Position numbers and translations under genes: made by a program. Below are positions 37,809 through 50,304 of a DNA stretch of 64,000 bases, piece by piece. The notes under the pieces are model-generated. The model was not told where the DNA came from. It made no database searches and saw nothing but the letters and a program-made list of their open reading frames with translations. This DNA comes from Hormiphora californensis (taxonomy: Eukaryota; Animalia; Ctenophora). Within the stretch, counting starts at the first letter, position 1. Each line of letters opens with the position of its first letter. Location: NCBI GenBank assembly GCA_020137815.1, contig CM035358.1, positions 5,146,001 to 5,210,000 of the forward strand, in the 5' to 3' direction.

Positions 37809-39315
37809 GGTGAGAGATGATGAGCGAGAGAGAGAGCTCAGATACGTCCGAGCATCGAGAGGTGCGCTGATATTTTAATTTAAGACATTGTGTAAATGTC
37901 AGAAAGAAAGAAGGAAGATAGAAAGGAAACGTGTGATGAAGAACATAAAATATCTACTGATTTGGTGATTTGGTACACTAAGTTACATTCAGTTGACTTG
38001 ACGTAACGCGCGGACTGACTTGAGCTGAGATCAGGCAGGTTGGTCGCGCGCGAGCTCGCAGGGGCCATATGACGTCATTTCGCGCAAACACCCAGATTTT
38101 AACGCCGCCCTGCGCTGCAGCCCCCTCATGCGCGCACCCCCGCAACGAGGGGACTGAAGGGAATGCCGCGCGCGCGTTTGGCCTGAGCTCAGGACGGGCC
38201 CGGCTGGGTCGAAGATAACTTTGCGAGCGAAAAAACGGCGGTGCTTATAACTTTGGCCCCTGAAGTCCGTTTGACTTGATTCTTTCACTAGCTGTTAGAT
38301 CTGACAATTATCTACCTTGCTGTTTTTGAGAGAAGTAAATTGGACTTCAGGAAGCTGAGCAATAGCCGTTCAAAGATTGGTTGTTTTCAAAAAGTGACGT
38401 CACAGATCCCTGCAGGGACACTTTGTTTCAAATTTGAATTAAAATCTCGAATTTTTTTATTTTACCGCACTCGATTTTGCGGAGTTTGGTTCATATCTCC
38501 TGTTCCTGATAAGATAGAGACCTGAAACCGGTTGCATTTGAAAGCTGTTATCTTCCTCTTTCCAACGCTACCAAAACGATTTTTGTACCTTAACTGGAAC
38601 CGGAGATATGATTGATTATGTATTCCCCCCTAGCGCGGTATTCCCTCCAGGCCCCTTATATTATATTATAAGGGGCCTGCAACGTATGCCAAGGAAAAAG
38701 TTCGCTTTTGGCTGCCTTTTTTAGCGCTCACCGGCCACCGCTCAGCGCTCCCTTCTCAACCTCCCAGTCTGTAAGTGTCAGTCATACACATTTCCACCTG
38801 GAATTCCCTGCTCGCATTTTCTGTCAGAATCTGTATAACACGCACGTATGCCAACGCATCTGCACGTGCGGTTCTTCCAGATAGAAATTCCAATTTCCAA
38901 ATAGAAATTCCAGATAGAAATTCCAAATAGAAATGTGTATGACGCCGTGTTAGAGCCTACTTTAGCAAAAGCAATAGTCTGAGACTTGAGCAAATTTCCA
39001 ATACTCACGTAAGGCACTTTCCGTCTTAGCTACTAAATCTTTTATCTTTTCGCCCGGGTGTCAGGTTTCTGCGGACATCTGGACACCCAAGCACACTTTC
39101 ACTGTCTTAGCTAGTAGCTAGCCACTTAAAAAAATTCCTGCTGCCTACGACCTGGTGTATCTGCGTTCTCCGCCATGTTTTGCTTCGCCAGTCGTCATTC
39201 TTGCACGCCGCACGATGAAGGACTGGAAACTTTTGACTTTTTTATTGATATTATTAACTTGAAAACTGTAAAAGTCTAAAATACTAACTCCAATTAGCCT
39301 TTTAGTAGCTGATGC

Positions 39316-40776
39316 ATGTCGCTATACCGGTCTAAGTCGCCCCTGAGGACCCCTCTCTCCAAATCAACTCCAAAGTACAACAGTACTCTACGCCGGAGTG
39401 CCAGCTTCGGAAAATCCAAAAATGCCAACAACTCAACCTTGAATAAGTCCCTCGGTTCAGCGGGTCTCGATTTGGCTACGGTCGAGAGTGAGTACATTAA
39501 AAACCTTCAACAGCAGGTTTACTTCCTGGAGCTCGAGGCAAACTTCCTTCGAGACCAAGCACAAAAAGCTGAACTCCTCTCCAAGCACTCTGCAGCGGAC
39601 GAGGCAACGAAGTGGAGGCGTCGGTTGAAAGATGTCGAAATCGAACAGGATTCTCTGAAGAGTGAGATTCGTAGGAAGGAGATTGAGGCTGAAGCTGCTG
39701 ATCTGGAGAGAAGGCAGTATGTTAAGGAGCTGAAATCGTTGAAACACACCGCCGCCGCTGAGAAAGACCACCTCATTGACGAGATATCCTCACTTCGAAA
39801 CAAGTTGGACAGTAGCTGTCTTAATGAGAAGAAGTTGCAAATTCAGCTGGAGACGGCTGAGGAAACAAAGACTGCCACTCTTGGGAAAGCGCTCGATGTT
39901 GAGAGTAGGTTGGCTGTAGTTCGTGATCAACTGGACAGGACCTTGAACACCAACAAGGAGCTGAGGACGGATCTGGCTGAGAAGAGGGTCGAGATCAAGC
40001 AGTTCAAGATGCAGCTAGGAGATCTAGAGTCCAAGTACCTGACACAAGCGACAGAGTTGAAGGAAGCAGCCATATCTGATATGAGAGGAAGGCTGGCTGA
40101 TATGCGGGTGAGGATGAGGGAATTGGAGGTGACTTCGGAGCTCGATAAGAGTCTCAAAGAAAAGGCACTGGAAGATTCGACGAATTCCAGTAAAACGTGT
40201 GCCATGCTCAGAGAAGAAATCTGTGATTTGAAGGCCCAACTCAACAAGGAGAGGGATCTGTACGAGAAACAGAGCATCAAACGTTCCATCGACACCGATG
40301 AGATAGCATCCTTGAAATACAAGAACAGCAAACTACAGGAAGATGTCTCCGGGCTGAATGATAGCCTGTTGAAGGAGAAGAAGAAGGCAAAGTCGTATCT
40401 ATCCAAATTGGCTGATACCGATGCGGATCTCTCCACGAACAGAGCTAACGAGACCTTACTACGAAACAAGTTGGCTGATGTTGAGCTGACCAAGGATTCC
40501 AAGAGTCAAGAAGTAAGCTCACTTCGTAAAGATAAGAACCTCCTACTGGACCAGGTCATTGATCTGCAATCCAAACTAGATCTCAAGAACTCAGAAGTGT
40601 CCAGTCTGCTGGTAGAGATCGATTATCTCAAGAGCAAGGTGTCTGAGTTAGCGTCCGAGGCAAGGTTAAACAAGAGTCTGGAGACAAGAAGGTGGGAGGA
40701 TATCGAGAATATGGCAGAAAAGATCCATCGATCACCGTCACCCCGGCCCCGATCACCCTACAAGTATGCAGCATAG
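39316..40776 (+). CDS. Intronless long coiled-coil protein of unknown function, 486 aa
   Basis: Uninterrupted ORF rich in E/K/L heptads. Conserved-looking ESEYIKNLQQQVYFLELEANFLR motif. SP-rich termini. Confidence 0.85.
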   Translation: MSLYRSKSPLRTPLSKSTPKYNSTLRRSASFGKSKNANNSTLNKSLGSAGLDLATVESEYIKNLQQQVYFLELEANFLRDQAQKAELLSKHSAADEATKWRRRLKDVEIEQDSLKSEIRRKEIEAEAADLERRQYVKELKSLKHTAAAEKDHLIDEISSLRNKLDSSCLNEKKLQIQLETAEETKTATLGKALDVESRLAVVRDQLDRTLNTNKELRTDLAEKRVEIKQFKMQLGDLESKYLTQATELKEAAISDMRGRLADMRVRMRELEVTSELDKSLKEKALEDSTNSSKTCAMLREEICDLKAQLNKERDLYEKQSIKRSIDTDEIASLKYKNSKLQEDVSGLNDSLLKEKKKAKSYLSKLADTDADLSTNRANETLLRNKLADVELTKDSKSQEVSSLRKDKNLLLDQVIDLQSKLDLKNSEVSSLLVEIDYLKSKVSELASEARLNKSLETRRWEDIENMAEKIHRSPSPRPRSPYKYAA

Positions 40777-41421
40777 CATCAGCATCAGACAATATATTAG
40801 GTGTCAATTACTGTGACGGATTTTAACAGACAGACCTCACGTGCAGAACTATCTCTCTTTATGCATTATATTGTACATAATATATATACCATGTTATACA
40901 CAGTGTATTATTCTATGCATGTAATATAAACTATGTACCGACTATTTAAGTGTTCAAACCGCTAAGTGATTTTATATCCGAGTTTTATTTTGATCACATG
41001 GCTTGGTGGCGGACTGAAAATCTCTCAACCAATTAGATAAACAGTCGACTCGGTTCTTACTTCTCTTCAGTCCGCCACTCAAATAATACAATTAAATGTA
41101 TTTACCTCATTGAGGGCCTCAATACACCTCTCTTCCTACAGGTATCGATCAGACTTGTATCGATTGGATAAAAACCTGCTCACACCTACAATTGGTATGA
41201 CGTGAGAGATCTGCCTGTCTGCAGTAGATCAATTGTGTCTGTAATTTCACTGAAGACTATTATTAAGTCTGACCCAAGGTATCTCTAAGAGGGCAAGCCA
41301 AGCATCATCCATCCTCCAATCACAGCTCACTATTCAGATCACGTGACCCATGGCTGGTATTTTAGGGTGCAGCATCAGAGCCGCAGACAGCCCATCATTT
41401 TCTCTGTTGTCAAGTGTTGTG

Positions 41422-43000
41422 ATGCCTTTCCTGTATATCGGTAATCTGGGGGTCGATTACGACCAAGATTCCGTTGAGAAGGACTTTGGATTTTATGGAA
41501 AGGTGGGTCTCTTAGACACTGTTCAGTTGTGTGCCTCACACCGCTCTGTGAAGGTTCGGTAGATCAACTTTTTAGTAGACACTAGCATTAGACACGGTCT
41601 AGCGGTCGACAGTACACTATTTGTTATACGTTTCTTTGTTTTTAGGTGTCACTTTGTTCTCTACTTCTTTCTTAGGCTTATTGTACGTCCTACCTTAACC
41701 TAGCTTATATTGCTATTTTTATCTGCCGAGCACCGATCATCGGACTTCCGCTACTCCAGTACAGCTCTGAGAGTACTCTAGTACTCTGGTATTATAGGCC
41801 TGTGTGTATGTTAGTGCTTACTACTATATAATGGTCCTTTGTGTGTACTAATTTACAAACTAAATGTATGAGAGGCTTCTTTAAACGTTAATAGTTAATG
41901 CAGTCTAAACGGGATGATTCAGAAGCCAGAATTCAGTAACGTATCATAACCTACACTATTAGTTATACAGACCAAAAATCAGATCAGTAACTAAAGAAAG
42001 TCAGATCAGTTACCATAAAAAAATGTTCAATTTCTCACGTCTGAGATTTCATAGAAATTGCGTGTACCGACAGAGATTTTCAGATCAGTAACATGTGCCA
42101 AAATGGTAACCAGACCCAGACCAGACATTTCCATTACAGATTCGTGAGGCGTGGCATTGGCCCACCTTCGGGTACTGTTTCTTTGAGTATGACAACCACA
42201 GGGACGCAGATGATGCCTTGAAGGAACTGAACGGGGGTAAATCAGTAGAAGGTAAGCTTCTGCACTGCTGAATCGATATTTTTAGAATTTTAAGCTATGG
42301 TTTTCCAAATAGAAGATCCAATTTGTTGTATTGGTGTTCTATTGAAGGATGAAATATTAATTAAACCTCATCTATTTTTCAGGAAGGCGGATGGCAGTTC
42401 AGTTTGCCCGACGTCCACGGAAGCACCTTCCCTCACGGGCAACAACAGATGATAAATGTTATGTGTGTCATCGATATGGACACTTCGCTAGAGACTGCCC
42501 TGATATAGGCAAGGACGTTGTATACTATATGGTTTTCTTTTCGTATCCCACTCTGATTTACAGAGAGAGGGTTGTTTGCGTGGATCGGTTATGATTATTC
42601 TACCAGGGGACAGAAGGAATAATGGATGATAATGATTTATTACACTAGATTAACCTCCCTAATTTTCAGGAATGCCAGCCCCATCATCCTCCCGTCGCTC
42701 ACCACCCTGCCGACACAGCCGGTGTCACCGTTCTAGGAGTCCCCTGAGTCCCAGTCCACCACCTAGAAGGAAACGCCGTAGGTCGATCAGCCCCCGACCT
42801 CGAAGAAACGAAAGGTAAGCAAATTCTCGGTCGTTAGAGATCTGTCTATAAGTTTTTCCTTTTTTTAGCCAAATCACAGCTTATGCCTTATTTTACGAAT
42901 TACCCCCATCTACAGGTCAAGATCCAGATCGCCAGTAATTCGACGGAAGCGCAACATCAGCCCGAGTCCAGAAAAAGTACGGCGTTCAAAGTCTCGCTAG
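41422..43000 (+). CDS. SRSF7: SR splicing factor, SRSF7/9G8-like (RRM - CCHC zinc knuckle - RS domain), about 182 aa
   Basis: Exons 41422-41502, 42140-42251, 42383-42508, 42670-42814, 42916-43000. Motifs LYIGNL (RNP2), GYCFFEY (RNP1), RDADDALKELNG, CYVCHRYGHFARDC and RS/SP repeats. Intron 3 needs a GC donor. Confidence 0.8.
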
Positions 43001-43494
43001 CTGAACCCTATCCAATCCGGCCTGTCAAATGCCAACATTATATATGTCCTATTTGATTTGTGGTCGAATAAGTGATAAGTGATATAATACATCCTCCCAC
43101 ACACTTCAGTATTGATCCCCTCGAGAAAGACAATTATATCTGTGGACAATTTATTTTCTCGAGATGTTTGTGTGTGTATTGTTTCAAGCACGGTTTCTGA
43201 GAAATTTTAAAACTTGTTGCATGTTACTGGCTCGACACTGCTGCACCATCCTGCACTCCACATTTAGCACTCCAGGGGCTTTTGGAAAGCGTGCAAATTT
43301 TCCTGCACTTAGAGAATGTTATGATGGAGGCATGGAGCGATAGAGAGAGAAGGAGATAGAGATTGAAAGAAGGAAAGAGAAAAAGAATGAGAGAGAAGGA
43401 GAGGGAGAGAAGGAGATGGAGAGAGAGAGAAAGTCTGTAATTTGGTTGGGATTGAAAGCTGATGCATGCACATCGAGAGAGTTCATAACCAAGG

Positions 43495-43853
43495 GTTGCT
43501 ATGGCGACCTATCAAGCTTCTCCAACCCTAACTCTCACAGTCTCACTCTCTTCCAGTCATTACTCTCTCCCACTATCATCTTCTCCCTTCTCTCTCTTAC
43601 TCATTCTGTGATTTACATTCTCTCTCCCTCCTCTCACATCCCTTCTTCTCTTTCCACGGTTCATAAACACATTTGGGCCAGTCACGTGGAGTGTGGACTG
43701 TGGACTACACAGTACACACCCCGAGTTTTGGTAACCATGGCAACATACTGCAGAGTATGCAGATATTTAGATGTAAGATGGTAGAGCTTTGAATCATCTA
43801 TCTCTACAGACAGACAAGTTTCATCCAATTAGCTTCCTGGTTACCATAGCAAC
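43495..43853. promoter_or_regulatory. Cluster of three RFX X-box-like palindromes
   Basis: GTTGCTATGGCGAC 43495, GTAACCATGGCAAC 43731, GTTACCATAGCAAC 43840. Function inferred only. Confidence 0.35.
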
Positions 43854-44225
43854 GGAGAGAGAGAGTCTTGGCACTATCCAGTGCAGCAATTGGACTTCTT
43901 CGTGGTCACGTGACTCTCTTTGTTTATACGTGTGGTATTATACAGACAGGAGCTGGTGGTGTACATGAAGTAAGAGCACTTTCGCGGTAAAGAAGGATAT
44001 ACACTCGGAAAAGGGAGTGGAAGTTAGAGAGTAGAACGGAGATAGAGAGAGGAGATAAAGGATGTGGAGAGAAGATAGAAGAGGGAGGGGAAGATAGAGA
44101 GAAGATAATGGTTTTAGATAACCGCGGCTGAGGACAAAAATAACATCCGAAGAAGTAAACTATCTTTTAGTAAGTAGACAGGAATTGTTTTTTTCCTCCC
44201 ACTCTTCCACTCTCTCTCCCTCTCC

Positions 44226-44388
<163 letters not shown>

Positions 44389-45468
44389 TCTCTTCCACTC
44401 TCTCTCCCTCTCCCGCTCTTCCACTCTCTCTCTCCCTCTCCTTCCCTTCCACTCCCTCTCTCTCCCTCATTAACTTGTTAAAGGAATTAGGAAATCCGGA
44501 AGAATCGTACATTCCTTGAATTGAGTTCAACAAAAGAATTAGAGTGCAGCACTGTAGCAGCTAAAATCTCTGAGAGATCTGCTTGCTGACTTCTTACGAA
44601 GGACAATTACCTTGGCTCGTGCAACATACACAACAAAAAGAAAAGGATGTACCAAGTTATGTATCCAAGTTATTTTGTGGTTACATATCCTACCTAGTTG
44701 TATGTTACGGTTATGTGTCCAAGTCCTAGTATGCATGATGTTATCCATTTTCTCTTTTTGTTCAGATTCTCTTTTCCATCCAAGTTCTCTTGCCCCCTGG
44801 AAGCTGTCCCCTTTGCCAGGGTTCTAATTTCTACTGTCTCGAGTTTTAGTAACCATGGCAACATAATGGTCCACACTTGAAGGAGGGGAAGAGAGATAGC
44901 AAATTGAATGAATTTAGTGTGTAGCACACTTTGCCAGCGAGTTTCCCGTTACCCCTAACAACGCATATCGGATACCTTCCATTTATCCTCTCTTACATTC
45001 TCGCTAATTCTCTCTCCTAACTCTCTTTTTCAAAGAACTCGAATTATGTGGTCATAAGAGAGACGGTGAATGAGCGGTTATGAGAGAGAAATCGCTGTAA
45101 TTAGTGGGGCGGTAGGATGGCCTGGGAACTATCCAGTAACTCCTCTCACACTCACAAACACTTGTGCATGCATGGTGACAATTTGTTCTCCCTTTGGATC
45201 AATTCCAGGGTGAGTGCTACATGTGTGCCCCTGCAGCAGCACATCACCAATCGATTCAGCCACCCAGTGGAACTTCTCCCAGCAGGTGGCAACTTTCGCC
45301 GCCGCGCAACATGCTGCTGGCCAAACGTCCCAAAACAAGGGAAACACACTGTTGTCATCAATGCGCGCCGCATGATAGAACGCTAGGAGTTGACAGCCTT
45401 TTTCTGGGAATTTGGGATTTGATGATCAAATTGAAAAGCGAGTTTTTGGAATCACAAACCAATTAAAT

Positions 45469-48400
45469 TCACATCAATTCTTTCAAAAACACAACAAAAA
45501 ACATCACAATCCACCCGACCTGCAGTCCAATAGTTCCTGATCCCACCCAAGGGGATGCAAATGTGTACCCTGTTTCTTTGTACGTTCCCTGGCAACGAAA
45601 TTGCATCTTTCCACTTGGTGTGGCTGAGGTGTTGTAGGAATGAGTGAAGATCATCTGAGGGTCATCTGGGTCATACGATTCTTTGGCAGAGTACACGACT
45701 TCTTCTTTCTAGGATGAGAGGGTGGCCAGGATAATTGGAGGGAGAGATTATATAGTCAGATGTCAAGGCATAGTCAGTCTGGCTCTGATTCAAGTTAAAA
45801 TATCTTTTACTTTTAGTTCAACTAATTATTTATTACCTTATTAACAACAGAACACTCCAGTTCATTATCAAATGACTCCAGAAAGTCCACACCAGTATAA
45901 TTACACTGGACAACCCCATCCTCCCATCCAACCTCCACTTTGGGTCGACTAAACACCTGGACCATATCTTGGATTATGTGTAGTATCTCTCCATTAGATC
46001 GTTCAAGTGATGCTATTGCTGTCCCACTGTCGGCCAGGGTTATGTTTCGTAATGTTACACTGTACATGTGCCTGACAGGGGAGAGAATGATGGAGCGATC
46101 AGACATGGCCTTGCCATATTACATGATTGTTCGGAGAGGACAGTCTTTTCTGAGACAATTATGGCCATGGTCATGTTGGAATAAAATTGAATCAGTACAC
46201 TGCAGTGCCAGTAGTAGTTCAAGAACTAACTAGTTTTTTCCCTAAGTTCCTACCTTTGAGCAGTTTTGATATCAAAAAGAACAGTGTGTTTCACAGTCAC
46301 ATCCGCCCCCTCCTTCAGTTCCCTAGATCCCAGTTTTATAACAGGCTTGCAATCGGAAGCCTTGCTCATCTGATAAAATGTGAATTTAGGGTTTATCAAG
46401 AAGAAACCACAGATTTAAAATTTAACCCCCGAGGCCCTATGCTATGGGTTTACATATAATACCTGGTATGTGATCTGTAGAAGGAGTGTATCTCCCACCA
46501 TAGCGGTTGTAGAATTCAAATCGAAGTTAATTATCCGGTCCCGTACCTGAAGAAGACACAATTTGTAAAAAGAACAGGACCTGGTTTTGATTTAGAGTTT
46601 AGACTAACAGTCGACCGTTCAGAGACTGTTTAGAGATCATGGCTCCCCCCCCCCTCTGAATCTATCCAAATAAGTAATTCAAATACCTGGATATCCACAT
46701 TCATGGGTTCACTCCACTCCACAGTACCACCTTCTTGTGGAATTCCACATCTATACTCCCCAGAGTCCTCCATAACAGCCCTCTCTATCATCACCTCCCC
46801 AGCTCCCCGCCACATCAGGAGGGATGAGGTGATCGGACCTCCATTCTGGCTCCTAGTGGAAACAGGACAAAATTTCAGGACGGAGTTAACTTGTCCAAAA
46901 TCCCTCTGCTCTGGATTAGGCCGCTCTGGATTAGGCCGCATGATTCACTTTCAGATTACAAGTCAAAATGCCCAATTTAAAGTGAGAGTGGACCGGATCA
47001 GAATTGGACAAGTTTGTTGTAGGTAGTAGAGAATAGCTCTCTGAGCATTTTGCCTTTTTGCCGCTCAAAATCGACCCACCCATCACTGAGATATTTTTGT
47101 TATGTTGGGAGAATTTCTGCTGGATCAGTATTTATCAAACAGGATAGAAACAATCCTTGTGTTTTACTAACACATTCTTTAAATTTTTAATATTCTGGCT
47201 TGCATTGCCCTGCTTCTGTGCATGGACATGTCAACCTCACTGCTTATATTCAGAATGTGTTAGTAAAACACTACGATTGTTTCTATTCTGTTTTATACAT
47301 ACTGATTAAACAGGAGTTCTCCCAACATAACAAAAATATCTCAGTGATGGGTGGGTCGATTTTGAGCGGCAAAAACGCAAAATGCTCAGAAAGCTAATCT
47401 CTACTACCTACATCAAACTTGTCCAATTCTGATTCGGTCCACTCTCACTTTAACTGGAAAGGGGTAATGCCAATACCGAATTACTGTTAGAAATACCCAT
47501 TATTATTACTCTCTTACCATTGAAGAAGTTCTTCGGGGTAACCGGTAGTATTACACTTCAGCCGTATCTCTTCATCTTCTTTAACTTTCTTACTACTAAA
47601 ACCAACAGCCGATATTTTGAGTGGCGATACCTGATGAAATAGACATGACAAGCTGACAACATTCATGATCATTTCATCATGAACTGAGACAAAAATGAGC
47701 TGTATGGCGGCATACAGTGCGCTCAGATGGGTCGCGGCGCCAGACAGAAAATGAGAGTTAGGCCGGGTCCAGACGAGTAGTAGGTAGCTACTATGGTAGG
47801 CTACTATGGTAGATATCTACCACAGCTACCACTCGTCTGTACACCTATATCTACCATAAGCTACTATGGTAGGCGGTTATAGGTCGAGGTATAACCGCCT
47901 ACTATAGTAGCTTACCATGGTAGGCTACTATAGTAGGTGGTCACTCGTCTGTTCACCCTCTGACCGCCTACCATTGTAACTTGTTGTCACATCTTACTGT
48001 GGGGCATAAGAAACTTGATACCCCCGATGATTACAGAAGTATCATGGTAGATGTGTCAGAGGGTGGCCAGACGAGTGGTAGCTAGCCTACCATAGTAGCT
48101 TTGCTACCACTCGTCTGGTCAGTTCCCAGCTACTATGGTAGCTTACCATAGTAGCCTACCATAGTAGCTACCTACCACTCGTCTGGACCCGGCCTAAGAC
48201 AGAGTCGAACCCAAACTAAAAGACATGAGACGACTATAACAGCTAACACATACCTTGACAACCAGAGTAGTCTCCTGTTCCTCACCTCCATCTCCCCCGC
48301 TCAAAATACACTGATATGCCCCAAAAGCCGGTGTGTACGAGGTGAAACCATCCTTGTACAACCTCCCAGGTTGACAGATGTCTCCCAATTTCTCCACTGT

Positions 48401-50304
48401 GTCATCCAGTTCCCCATCAGTTGTGGGGATGGTTGACACCAGGTTTGGGGAAGTGGTGGGGTTGGATGAGGAGGAGGAGAGGCTGCCAGTCTGACCACCG
48501 ATTACAACCAGCCGACTGAGGGTGCTACAACCACCCACTGCAGATGCCTTACATCGGTAGGAACCTGGGATTATAGTGGGGGAGCTGGTGCTGTGTCGTT
48601 CATACTACTTTTTAGCTTGAATGAGTTTTTAGTTCGGGGGAGGTGAGGGGTCTTGAATAATGTAACATGTTTATAATAATAAGATATCCCACCTGGTTCG
48701 CGTATAACAATTTTAGTCTCAGTTTTATCTTCAATAACCTTCCCATTCCGCTCCCAAGATATCTCAACTGCAGAATCAGGTGCTGCTACAACTGCGTCAC
48801 AGGTCAATGTAACACGTGGACTGTTATCAAACGAACCACCTGGAGAAGTCAGTGTTATTGTTTCTAAATATAACTTATAATAATCGAGATTATAATTTGA
48901 ATGATTAAAAATCTAATCTTGTAAAAACCAACTAACGACCATTTACCTTCGGGTTCTGCAATGAAAATGGGGTATGCAAAAGTGCTTCGTTTTTGGAAGA
49001 TGAATCCCTTTCCAGTTCCTTGACTGTACGCGTACTTGAAACTCTCAACTCCATTTGAAACTCCTCGACTGAATGCGGTTACACCATCGACTAGAGAGAA
49101 ATCAACTCTGCAGGGGGAGAAAAAAGTGGAGGGTAGATTTGTTTGAGCTGGAGTCTTAATTCCATGAACATAATCAACATGTTGTTGCAACAACCCAAAC
49201 TCTCCTACCAAATACTCTTCAGTATAAAAAGTTAAAGAGCACCTTTCCGGCGGCGCCGACCCGATCTGAGCCACGTGTGTACCTGTTTCCGTTCATGAGA
49301 GCACCATCCTGCAGGGCAGCACAGCACACCCTGGAGTAAACCTGGTAGATCCCAAACCCAAACTGTTTAGAGTCGCTACAGTCATCCTCTTTACCAGTCA
49401 TATCAACACACACACCCGAACAGATACCCTGGGAGATTGAGGGTTACGGGAAAGGGTGGAAAAATCAAAAAGGACAGTTTTTGTATCCCCCCGAGAGGAA
49501 AATATAGATAATTTTACCTGCACAACCCTCATATTGAGGGGTGTGCCGGTTGAAGAATGAATGCCTCAAAAGTAATAAAAAACCATGATAATGTACTACA
49601 TTAACCGTAGTATTATGCACTATGCTGCAGGGACATCACACACACACATCACCCACACACATGATATTGATCAAGCCTGAACCGTTCAACGGTACGAGGT
49701 GCCATCACTGATTTCGTGCAGTTGATCCGAGGATCACGAATTCAATTAATATGTCGTGATTACTGTTTAATAGCCCAACTGGTCATTCCGAAAAATCAGA
49801 TACAAACACATTAATGTGCCGCACTGTATATGAGTTACTCCAACCCTCCAGTTTCAATGCTTGTTTAACGCCTAACTGGTTAGAAAGCAAGAACCCTGTT
49901 TAAACACAAGGATTGTTGCTGTTCGAGATATCCGATATAAAGATAGTGCTAATACATCAGTACTGTGGGAATATGATATGCGCCTAGATATATCGAATCC
50001 AGTGGATCGCTTGGTTACTTCCTTCGTTAAACAAGCATTGAAACTGGAGGGTTGGAGTAACTCATATACAGTGCGGCACATTAATGTGCTTGTATCTGAT
50101 TTTTCGGAATGACCAGTTGGGCTATTAAACAGTAATCACGACATATTAATTAATTAAAAACCGGAAGACACATTGCAATACATCCCCCTAGTTTACCTGT
50201 GCACAGCTTTGGTAGTCAAGCTGGTTGAATGTGTCATTGAAACCAATCTTCTGGATCCCATAGACAGAGACGAGGAGGCTCAGGAAGCAAAGATAAAATC
50301 GCAT
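45469..50304 (-). CDS. Secreted or GPI-anchored LCCL + multi-immunoglobulin-domain protein, about 608 aa
   Basis: Phase-consistent exons 50304-50197, 49428-49283, 49107-48947, 48839-48693, 48564-48254, 47630-47518, 46852-46687, 46546-46463, 46369-46254, 46071-45837, 45708-45469. Signal peptide MRFYLCFLSLLVSVYG; LCCL-like FGFGIY...VCCAALQDG...SNGVES; Ig motifs VTLTC...ISW...GSYRC and DSGEYRC; hydrophobic C-terminus. Confidence 0.8.
46981..47449. mobile_element. Kolobok-like MITE (TTAA TSD), intronic
   Basis: TTAA|AGTGAGAGTGGACCG...CGGTCCACTCTCACT|TTAA with long TIRs. Confidence 0.85.
47761..48194. mobile_element. Harbinger-like MITE with internal CTACTATGGTAG repeats, intronic
   Basis: TTA|GGCCGGGTCCAGACGAGT...ACTCGTCTGGACCCGGCC|TAA. 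Confidence 0.8.
49744..50151. mobile_element. MITE with about 125-bp TIRs in intron 1 of the LCCL-Ig gene
   Basis: AATTAATATGTCGTGATTACTG... is mirrored by ...CAGTAATCACGACATATTAATT. Confidence 0.8.

Noticed and set aside
45129-45400. Possible further exons of the LCCL-Ig gene
   Set aside because: No frame gives a convincing domain, the region contains a small inverted repeat, and read-through to the stop at 45469 gives a coherent GPI-like end.
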